Source of the DNA: Burkholderiales bacterium
GTDB taxonomy: Bacteria > Pseudomonadota > Gammaproteobacteria > Burkholderiales > Usitatibacteraceae
NCBI GenBank assembly: GCA_043737175.1
Contig: JAYTBF010000043.1
Coordinates: 1 to 28,444 of the forward strand
DNA length: 28,444 bases
Direction: 5' to 3'
The translations under genes were made by a program, and so were the position numbers. Positions within the stretch are counted from its first letter, which is position 1. Each line of letters starts with the position of its first letter. Under the pieces are notes generated by a model that had not been told where the DNA came from, searched no databases, and was given only the letters and a program-made list of their open reading frames with translations. Below are positions 9,912 through 17,323 of the stretch, in pieces.

Positions 9912-10508
9912 ATGATTCGTCGCCAACCATTTTGCGTTCAATGCCCAGCGCAGCCGCATGCGGATGGCACCACTTTCCGTAATGCGCGCGTTTTGATTCT
10001 CACGGCGGCCGTTTTTCTATCGGGATGTGCCACACAAAAATTCAGCCAAGAGCACATTCCTGTGCCATTAAAAGTGCCGGGCGGGCATGCCGCCACCATG
10101 GAAACCGCCGCAGCGGGCAACATGATGTTCCAGTGCCTCGCAAAAATTGATGGGATTGGTTTTGACTGGTCGCTGACTGACATTGACGCCAGCCTAAAAA
10201 ACCGCGACGGCAAAGTCGTCGGACGTTTTGTCGGACCGCCCGCGACTTGGCAGGCAAGTGATGGCTCCATATTGACCGCGACACGACTGGCCACAGCACC
10301 GGCCATAAATCAACCGTCCGGCGCCCTGCCGCTGGCGTTATACCAAGCCAAACCGGCGACCGGGAGGGGCGTGATGACCGCAGTCACATATATCCAGCAG
10401 CTTGCCACCATCGGTGGCACTGCACCAGCAGGGTGTGATCAAACTCTGCTCAACAAAAAACACAAAGTGGCTTTTCAATCCGACTTTATTTTTTATAAAG
10501 CAAATTAA
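9912..10508 (+). CDS. DUF3455-like lipoprotein
   Basis: Lipobox FLSGC; VPGGH...FQC...GPPATW...DGS...VTYIQ...GGTAP...C...DFIFY matches my recollection of DUF3455, which often lies near ECF/RskA pairs. ATG 9912 chosen because it lies after the upstream stop. Confidence 0.75.
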   Translation: MIRRQPFCVQCPAQPHADGTTFRNARVLILTAAVFLSGCATQKFSQEHIPVPLKVPGGHAATMETAAAGNMMFQCLAKIDGIGFDWSLTDIDASLKNRDGKVVGRFVGPPATWQASDGSILTATRLATAPAINQPSGALPLALYQAKPATGRGVMTAVTYIQQLATIGGTAPAGCDQTLLNKKHKVAFQSDFIFYKAN

Positions 10509-11383
10509 TTTGTTTTGTTGCGGCGAATGCGTTCCAACACCCCGCATATTTGTTCGGCCGCATCGATCAACCGTGGACCGGGTCGCATGACCCAATCGGC
10601 TGTCAGCGAAATAATTTGTCCGGACTGTTCGGCACGTGAACCGGCATAGGCCGAATTATCGCGGGAAGGGTCTGCCGCCGCGTGCGGCTTGCCACCATAC
10701 AGCACCACCTGTGGATTTTTAACCAGCAACATTTCGCGCGACGGCGTAAACACCAATGGTGCGACGTCGGCAAAAACATTTACTCCGCCGCAGATTCGTA
10801 GTACCTCGGAAATAAAATGCCGGCCATTAATCGTCATCAGCGGCACCCGGCTGATTTCAAAAAAAACCGGCAAAGATGCGGAGTTTGAAAATTGGTTTTG
10901 CAGCTTGCTGAAGCGTCGCTCGAAATCTGCTGCAGCGGACTCGGCTTGCATCCCGGAACCCCCCCATTGACCAATCTTGCGCAATACCAACGGCACATCC
11001 ACCATTGTTGTGACCGTGATCGATTCAACACGTATACCCAACGCCTGCAGGCGCTGAATATCATTTAAGCGGGTACCACTGGCCCACACCAGCACCAAGT
11101 CCGGCTTGACCGCCAATAACGCCTCAATATTGATGCCACTCGCGTCCGCAACCTGCGGGATTTTTTTCGCCTGTAGTGGAAAGTCGCTAAACGCTGAACT
11201 GGCGACCAGCTTGCCGCCCGCCCCCGCCGCAAACACCAGCTCGGTGAGCGCCGGTGAGGTGCTGACAATACGTTGCGCAGGCGCGGCAGTGGCCACACCT
11301 GATGCATGCGCCACGACCGCAAACCATGCCAGCCCAACAATGGCCATCAGCAACCGGCTAACCACCCTAACCAATACGGCCAT
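10505..11383 (-). CDS. btuF: Cobalamin-binding periplasmic protein (BtuF-like)
   Basis: Signal peptide, RIVSTSPALTELVFAAG, EALLAVKPDLVL, CGGVNVFAD, MRPGPRLIDAAEQIC. Confidence 0.8.
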   Translation of the reverse strand: MAVLVRVVSRLLMAIVGLAWFAVVAHASGVATAAPAQRIVSTSPALTELVFAAGAGGKLVASSAFSDFPLQAKKIPQVADASGINIEALLAVKPDLVLVWASGTRLNDIQRLQALGIRVESITVTTMVDVPLVLRKIGQWGGSGMQAESAAADFERRFSKLQNQFSNSASLPVFFEISRVPLMTINGRHFISEVLRICGGVNVFADVAPLVFTPSREMLLVKNPQVVLYGGKPHAAADPSRDNSAYAGSRAEQSGQIISLTADWVMRPGPRLIDAAEQICGVLERIRRNKTN

Positions 11384-11385
11384 TT

Positions 11386-12315
11386 TTAAGCCGCGGGTTT
11401 CGTGGACGCGGTGGTCGCTTGAAAGCGCGCCGCCAACAACAGGCGCTGTTCGTAGGCGGCACGGGCGATGGCAACATCTTCCAGAAAATACGGCAACTCT
11501 TCGAGTGTGATCGCCTGTGCGGCGTCGACCAATGATTTTTTCGGCAGCGGGTGCATATCCACCAACAACATATTGGCACCGGCAATCACGCCTTGTGCCG
11601 CCACGTGGAAAATATCCAAAATGCCGTCCGGTGATGCGCCACGCGCACCAACCGAGTGGGAGGGATCAACACAAACCGGCATACGCGTAAGGCGATGCAC
11701 CACCGGCACATGGCCAAAATCAACCAAATTGCGATGTGGGTCACCCAAATTCGTTTTCATGCCGCGCAGACCAAACATGATTTTGGTGTTGCCTTCGGAG
11801 GCGCAATATTCCGCGGCCATGAGTGATTCATCGAGAGTGATACCAAAACCACGTTTGAGCAAAATCGGAAATTCATTCTGGCGGCCAACGGCTTTCAACA
11901 ACTCAAAATTTTGCGTGTTGCGCGTGCCGATTTGCAACATCACACCGGTTGGGCTTCCGGTCTGATGCAAGGCCTCATTGATTTCATTCAGATGCGCCTC
12001 GCGGGTGATTTCCATGGAGATCACCTTGATGCCATATTTTCCGGCCAGCTCAAACACCCACGGCAAACACTCCCGTCCCATGCCTTGAAACGAATACGGA
12101 CTGGAACGCGGTTTGTACGCTCCCATACGCGCGCACACCTGGCCGTGTATGCGCAAACAGGCAAAGGTGGCCTCAACATATTCACGGGTATCAACGGCGT
12201 TGAGCCCGGCAAACGTGTGCAAATTATGTTGGTTGAAGGTCACACCGTTATAGGTAAAACCAACATCGTGTTCATCGGCCTGGTGGCGGCCGAGTATGCG
12301 TAATTCAATGGCCAT
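11386..12315 (-). CDS. Class I-beta DAHP-synthase-like protein, catalytic barrel only, atypical metal site
   Basis: RMGAYKPRSSPYSFQG, QIGTRNTQNFELLK, LKRG, DPSHSVG motifs. AGLN sits where metal-dependent enzymes have AGPC. Starts 5 nt after the aroG stop. Confidence 0.85.
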   Translation of the reverse strand: MAIELRILGRHQADEHDVGFTYNGVTFNQHNLHTFAGLNAVDTREYVEATFACLRIHGQVCARMGAYKPRSSPYSFQGMGRECLPWVFELAGKYGIKVISMEITREAHLNEINEALHQTGSPTGVMLQIGTRNTQNFELLKAVGRQNEFPILLKRGFGITLDESLMAAEYCASEGNTKIMFGLRGMKTNLGDPHRNLVDFGHVPVVHRLTRMPVCVDPSHSVGARGASPDGILDIFHVAAQGVIAGANMLLVDMHPLPKKSLVDAAQAITLEELPYFLEDVAIARAAYEQRLLLAARFQATTASTKPAA

Positions 12316-12320
12316 GATGG

Positions 12321-13436
12321 TTACTCCACGTTCAGCAAACGACGCTCACGCACCGCTTGCGCCAATTGCCGCAACAATTTTTCGGTGTCGTCCCAATTGA
12401 TGCAGGCATCCGTGACCGACACGCCGTATTGCAACGGTTTGCCGACTTCGATGTCTTGGCGGCCGGCATTCAAATGACTTTCCACCATCACCCCCACCAC
12501 GCGCTGATCACCACTAACAATTTGCGCGGCCACATCGGTCGCCACGTCCATTTGTTTTTGGTATTGTTTGGACGAGTTGGCGTGCGAAAAATCAATCATC
12601 ACCCGTTGCGCGAGCCCCGCCTTGGCCAATTCCTGACACGCCGAATCGACATTCACCGCATCGTAGTTGGGCGTTTTACCACCGCGCAAAATAATGTGGC
12701 AGTCTTCGTTTCCGGCAGTGGAAACAATCGCCGAATGCCCGCCTTTGGTGACCGACAAAAAGTGATGTGGTGCCGACGAAGCCTTGATGGCATCGACAGC
12801 GATTTTGATATTGCCGTCGGTGCCGTTTTTGAAGCCAACCGGACAAGACAAGCCGGACGCCAACTGGCGGTGGGATTGTGATTCGGTGGTGCGCGCACCA
12901 ATAGCGCCCCAGGCAATCATGTCGGCAAAATATTGCGGCGAAATCAAATCCAAATATTCTGTACCGGCCGCCAGACCAAGCTCATTAATATCCAACAGTA
13001 ACTTGCGCGCCAGCCGTAGGCCCTTATTGATATCGTGGCTCTCATCCATATCCGGATCGTTGATGTAGCCCTTCCAACCGACCGTGGTACGGGGCTTTTC
13101 GAAATAAACCCGCATCACAATAGTCAAATCCGGCTCAAGGCTGATCCGTAGCGCCTGTAATCGGCGGGCATATTCCATGGCCGCGTCGTAATCATGAATC
13201 GAGCACGGGCCGATGATGACCAGCAATCGTGAATCACCACGATGCATGATGCGATGAATTTCTTCACGGGCGCGAAACACCGTCGCCGAAGCCTGTTCAC
13301 TCAATGGAAATTCACGCATTAAATGCGCCGGCGGCGTTAATTCCTTGATGCCACGAATTCGTAAGTCATCGGTGTTATAGGGCATGGCAGATTCCGGTTG
13401 CGGTTTGGATACGACGGTCAGATTGGCTTTGGTCAT
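12321..13436 (-). CDS. aroG: Class I-alpha 3-deoxy-7-phosphoheptulonate synthase
   Basis: GPCSIHD, MRVYFEKPRTTVGWKG, IGARTTESQ, ASGLSCPVGFKN, DFSHAN, MVESHL, TDACI; all four metal ligands present. Confidence 0.95.
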   Translation of the reverse strand: MTKANLTVVSKPQPESAMPYNTDDLRIRGIKELTPPAHLMREFPLSEQASATVFRAREEIHRIMHRGDSRLLVIIGPCSIHDYDAAMEYARRLQALRISLEPDLTIVMRVYFEKPRTTVGWKGYINDPDMDESHDINKGLRLARKLLLDINELGLAAGTEYLDLISPQYFADMIAWGAIGARTTESQSHRQLASGLSCPVGFKNGTDGNIKIAVDAIKASSAPHHFLSVTKGGHSAIVSTAGNEDCHIILRGGKTPNYDAVNVDSACQELAKAGLAQRVMIDFSHANSSKQYQKQMDVATDVAAQIVSGDQRVVGVMVESHLNAGRQDIEVGKPLQYGVSVTDACINWDDTEKLLRQLAQAVRERRLLNVE

Positions 13437-13511
13437 TTTAGTCGCCTTGCGGGTAAAGGTAGGGGCACATCAAATCGAACGCCGGCCAGCGGTGAAACAA
13501 TGCTGGTCGGC

Positions 13512-13547
13512 AAAAAAAAACCGCCGAATTTTCGTTCGGCGGTTTTT
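13512..13547 (-). terminator. Intrinsic terminator (attenuator 3:4 hairpin) in the aroG leader
   Basis: Minus strand AAAAACCGCCGAA-cgaaaa-TTCGGCGGTTTTTTTTT: perfect stem followed by a 9-U tract, 75 nt upstream of the aroG ATG. Confidence 0.88.
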
Positions 13548-13575
13548 AGAATTTTGGTTAGTTTTCAAAAGCAAA

Positions 13576-13644
13576 CTAACCCTTCTCCGCCGGTGGCATG
13601 GAAAAGGACCAGAAATAAAAATAGGAATTGGCGCGAATGTTCAT
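13576..13644 (-). CDS. Putative attenuator leader peptide, MNIRANSYFYFWSFSMPPAEKG (22 aa)
   Basis: Manual translation ATG(13644)-TAG(13576); six aromatic codons within residues 8-14; overlaps alternative hairpins ahead of the terminator. Confidence 0.82.
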   Translation of the reverse strand: MNIRANSYFYFWSFSMPPAEKG

Positions 13645-13651
13645 GGAACAA

Positions 13652-13679
13652 ATAGTAACAGGGGAATAAGGGGTGTGAA
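13652..13679 (-). promoter_or_regulatory. Candidate sigma70 promoter of the aroG leader
   Basis: Minus strand TTCACA-N16-TACTAT with an extended TG; the -10 ends 7 nt before the leader ATG. Confidence 0.55.
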
Positions 13680-13786
13680 CAAATTGCAAAAATCGTTATC
13701 TGGCGCGGCGTTTGAAACAAAAACTTCTGAAAAATGGCGTCAATAAAGGAGTTTTATTTATTTAACACCTTTATCATAAACCGGCG

Positions 13787-14335
13787 TTACGAGGCAGTGG
13801 CTTTAAAAATCAGTGCCGCACCATTGTTACACCAGCGTTCACGGGTTGGTGCCGGACCGTCCTTGAAGATATGACCATGATGGCCACCGCAGCGGGCGCA
13901 GTGATATTCGGTGCGCGGCAAAATCAGTTTGAAATCGGTTTTTTTATTGAATACACCCGGCAGGGTCGTAAAAAAACTCGGCCAGCCGGTGCCACTTTCA
14001 AATTTCATTGCCGAGCTAAACACCGCCAGATCACAACCGGCGCAATGAAACAAACCCTGGCGTTTTTCGTCATTGAGCGGGCTGCTTCCCCCGCGTTCGG
14101 TACCTTCGTTGCGTAGCACCTCAAACTGCGCGGGTGTCAGGCGTTTTTTCCATTCGTTATCGGCCAGTTCCAACTTGTCTATTTTTGGCTTTGGTCCGTT
14201 GGCCTGATCAAGCGCAATTTTGACCATTGAAGCGTCCGGCGCCTCCGGTCCGCGACGTTGTGCAAATACACCCTTAAACATGGTTAGTCCTCCTGCAGTG
14301 CCAAATAGTGCGGTGAGAAATGTACGTCGTTTCAT
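13787..14335 (-). CDS. msrB: Peptide-methionine (R)-S-oxide reductase with twin-arginine signal
   Basis: MKRRTFL Tat-like motif, LRNEGTE, CAGC/CARC zinc pairs, GTGWPSF, GHHGHIF, RWCNNG. Confidence 0.93.
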   Translation of the reverse strand: MKRRTFLTALFGTAGGLTMFKGVFAQRRGPEAPDASMVKIALDQANGPKPKIDKLELADNEWKKRLTPAQFEVLRNEGTERGGSSPLNDEKRQGLFHCAGCDLAVFSSAMKFESGTGWPSFFTTLPGVFNKKTDFKLILPRTEYHCARCGGHHGHIFKDGPAPTRERWCNNGAALIFKATAS

Positions 14336-14403
14336 TATTTATCCAATCCATAACTGGCATTCATTTGCTGCGCACCCAGACTGATCACGCGCAGTATGTT
14401 GTT

Positions 14404-14432
14404 GATACGCCGCCATCGTCATTTTAGATTCA
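14404..14432 (-). promoter_or_regulatory. Candidate ECF-sigma promoter upstream of msrB
   Basis: Minus strand TGAATC-N17-CGTATC. A CGT(A) -10 is typical of ECF promoters; the cognate sigma is unknown. Confidence 0.35.
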
Positions 14433-14436
14433 CCGA

Positions 14437-14979
14437 TCATTTTTTTATAGATCGCCGCGCCCGGCGATTGGCCCGCATCAGCGCCCACGCCTCGCCGTTA
14501 AAGTGCGTAGTGGGCAGCACCATCCAGCCGCCGTTACCGGTTTCGAGCAACCAAAAACGATTTCGTTCCACCACCCGTCGAAATTGGCTCCAGGCCATCT
14601 TGAATTTTTTGTCGGCCGCTTCGCCGCCCACGCCATCCGCGTCAAGTGTTAACCAAGCACCTCTTGAATGGTCTTTGGCAAATTTGTCGAGTGACTCTTT
14701 GGCCGTCCACGCGATCAACACCGCGAAAAAAACCGTGGCGGCGGCGAGCACATACAACACCGTGCAAATCACACTGTCGCAACTGCGCCACCACAAATAA
14801 CCAACCATGCCACCGACCATGACCGCGATCCGTAATCCGCGCAGGCCAAACTTCTCGGCCATCACCGCCGCAATCGCCTGCCACGCAAAATTTCCAGAAA
14901 ACACCAACGGAATACGCGCCGATGGCAACACCTCGGCAGTGTCCGTGTTGATGTTGTTCGATGTGGTCGGCGTACTCAT
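14437..14979 (-). CDS. Hypothetical two-TM membrane protein with YcxB-like C-terminal domain
   Basis: Two hydrophobic segments, then ...KMAWSQFRRVVERNRFWLL...WMVLP..., resembling YcxB-like domains. ATG directly abuts the tldD stop. Confidence 0.6.
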   Translation of the reverse strand: MSTPTTSNNINTDTAEVLPSARIPLVFSGNFAWQAIAAVMAEKFGLRGLRIAVMVGGMVGYLWWRSCDSVICTVLYVLAAATVFFAVLIAWTAKESLDKFAKDHSRGAWLTLDADGVGGEAADKKFKMAWSQFRRVVERNRFWLLETGNGGWMVLPTTHFNGEAWALMRANRRARRSIKK

Positions 14980-16428
14980 TTAACCGGTCCCGCCGACGGT
15001 TAATCCTTCAATCCGCAACGTCGGCTGGCCCACCCCCACCGGCACACTTTGACCTTCCTTGCCACACACACCAACACCCGAATCGAGCTTCATGTCATTG
15101 CCAATCATCGTCACCTGTTTTAACGATTCAATGCCGTTGCCAATCAAGGTTGCCCCCACCACCGGATAGGCGATTTTGCCGTTTTCAATGATGTAGGCTT
15201 CCGACGCGGAAAAAACAAATTTGCCGCTGGTGGTATCAACCTGTCCACCACCAAAATTGGCGGCATATAAACCGTGTTTGACACTGGCGATAATTTCTTC
15301 CGGGGTTTTGTCGCCGGCCAACATATAGGTATTGGTCATACGCGGCATTGGAATATGCGCATAGGATTCACGGCGGGCATTGCCGGTGACGGGCACATTC
15401 ATCAAGCGGGCATTCAAGGTGTCCTGCATATACCCCTTCAAAATGCCGTCTTCAATCAACACATTTTTTTGCGTGATATTGCCCTCGTCATCAATATTCA
15501 GGGAGCCGCGTCGATCGGGCAGGGTGCCATCGTCAATCACCGTCACACCTTTGGCGGCAATACGTTCACCAATTTTTCCGGAAAAAACCGAGCTGCCCTT
15601 GCGATTAAAGTCACCCTCCAAACTGTGGCCGACCGCCTCATGCAATAAGATGCCCGGCCATCCGCCGCCTAACACCACCGTCATCGGCCCGGCCGGTGCC
15701 GGTCGGGCATCCAGATTCACCAACGCCTCACGCACGCCCTGTTGTGCCACGGCTTGTAAAACCTCGTCGGTAAAATAAGCGTAATCGTGACGACCGCCAC
15801 CACCGGTATGCCCCTGCTCGCGACGGCCATTTTGTTCGGCAATCACTGTCAGGCCAATATGCACCAACGGCCGCACATCCGCCGCCAGCGTGCCGTCGTG
15901 ACGCGCCACCAAAATCACTTCGTACTCACCCGACAATCGCGCCATGACTTCCTTGACCCGCGGATCAATGGCACGGGCAAATTGTTCCAGCCGCTCAAGA
16001 ATGCGCACTTTTTCCGCATCCGAAAAACCCGACACCGGATCAAGCGGTTGATACAAATGGCGACCAGTTGTTTCCCGAATTTGATTCACCTTGCCGGCAC
16101 TACCCGACCCACCAACACGGGCAATGCTGCGGGTGGCGAGTGCGGCGTCGTTCAAACTGGCCACACCAATATCGTCGGAGTAGGCAAACGCGGTTTTTTC
16201 ACCAGACACCACCCGCACGCCGACACCCTGATCAATATTAAAACTGCCGGACTTCACCCGCCCTTCTTCCAAGCTCCAACCTTCGGAGCGGGCGTAATGA
16301 AAATACAAATCAGCATAGTCGGCGTCGTGTTTCATGATGGTGCCGAACACCCCCTCCAGCGACGCATCGGTCAGATTGTAAGGGGTGAGCAAGGCGCGAC
16401 GTGCGACCGAAAGGTGGGACTCATTCAT
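14980..16428 (-). CDS. tldD: Metalloprotease TldD
   Basis: [36 protein letters not shown] (HExxxH), [27 protein letters not shown]. Confidence 0.96.
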   Translation of the reverse strand: MNESHLSVARRALLTPYNLTDASLEGVFGTIMKHDADYADLYFHYARSEGWSLEEGRVKSGSFNIDQGVGVRVVSGEKTAFAYSDDIGVASLNDAALATRSIARVGGSGSAGKVNQIRETTGRHLYQPLDPVSGFSDAEKVRILERLEQFARAIDPRVKEVMARLSGEYEVILVARHDGTLAADVRPLVHIGLTVIAEQNGRREQGHTGGGGRHDYAYFTDEVLQAVAQQGVREALVNLDARPAPAGPMTVVLGGGWPGILLHEAVGHSLEGDFNRKGSSVFSGKIGERIAAKGVTVIDDGTLPDRRGSLNIDDEGNITQKNVLIEDGILKGYMQDTLNARLMNVPVTGNARRESYAHIPMPRMTNTYMLAGDKTPEEIIASVKHGLYAANFGGGQVDTTSGKFVFSASEAYIIENGKIAYPVVGATLIGNGIESLKQVTMIGNDMKLDSGVGVCGKEGQSVPVGVGQPTLRIEGLTVGGTG

Positions 16429-16436
16429 AACAAAAC

Positions 16437-17312
16437 CTAAACATTTTTTAAGGTACGGTGACTCAAAGCAGGCAAATTTTTGCGCACAGTTTGTTGGTAT
16501 TGCGGGTTCACGCCGGCCACCACCACCCCCGAGCCGCGTGGCAGGCGGTCCAATACCGCGCCCCAGGGGTCAACAATCATCGAGTCACCATGGGTTTCGC
16601 GGCCGTTGACGTGATAACCACCTTGGGCTGAGGCAATCACAAAGGCCATATTTTCAATCGCACGGGCGCGAATCAATGGCTCCCAATGGGCCTTGCCGGT
16701 GGTGGCGGTAAACGCAGACGGAATAACAATAATATCCACGTCGCCCATCGCCCGATAAAGCTCTGGAAAACGCAGATCATAACAAATCGACAAACCAATA
16801 CGGCGGTAGGGGGACGCAACCACTTCGACACGGTTACCCGCCTCGATGGTGCGTGCCTCATTAAACTGATCCTGCCCAATCGACAAACTGAACAAATGAA
16901 TCTTGTCATAACGCGCCACACGTTTACCGTGTTTGTCGTAAACCAGACAGGCATTACGCACTTTTCGTGGCTCGGCGGTGGCAATTGGCACCCCCGCACC
17001 GATCAACCATAAACCGTGTTTGGCGGCGGTGTCTGCCATCCAATCCTGAATCTGCCCGGCACCGTCCGGCTCACAAATTCCGACCTTGTCGGTATCGTGC
17101 ATGCCCATGATGGCGAAATACTCGGGCAACACCACAATGCGTGCCCCGGTCGAGGCCGCCAATGCCACCAATCTTGTCGCCTCTTGTAAGTTCGCATCGA
17201 CCTGTGGGCCCGACGCCATTTGAATCGCCGCCACCCGATAAAACGATTGGGTTGATTGCGCCACATTGACAATGTCGTCAGGCAACGAAGGAGAATTTTT
17301 GGTAATGATCAT
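16437..17312 (-). CDS. Carbon-nitrogen hydrolase (Nit1/deaminated-glutathione amidase-like)
   Basis: Catalytic triad in [21 protein letters not shown]; ARAIEN; conserved position between yhdP and tldD. Confidence 0.92.
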   Translation of the reverse strand: MIITKNSPSLPDDIVNVAQSTQSFYRVAAIQMASGPQVDANLQEATRLVALAASTGARIVVLPEYFAIMGMHDTDKVGICEPDGAGQIQDWMADTAAKHGLWLIGAGVPIATAEPRKVRNACLVYDKHGKRVARYDKIHLFSLSIGQDQFNEARTIEAGNRVEVVASPYRRIGLSICYDLRFPELYRAMGDVDIIVIPSAFTATTGKAHWEPLIRARAIENMAFVIASAQGGYHVNGRETHGDSMIVDPWGAVLDRLPRGSGVVVAGVNPQYQQTVRKNLPALSHRTLKNV

Positions 17313-17323
17313 GGCAAAAAAGA

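Noticed and set aside
11386-12315. Second synthase as KdsA (KDO8P synthase) because of the Asn
   Set aside because: It has KPRSSPYSFQG rather than the KANRS motif that defines KDO8P synthases.
13384-13746. 120-aa plus-strand ORF with a hydrophobic start
   Set aside because: Antisense to the aroG start and attenuator; reads through hairpin and poly-A sequence; no recognisable domain.
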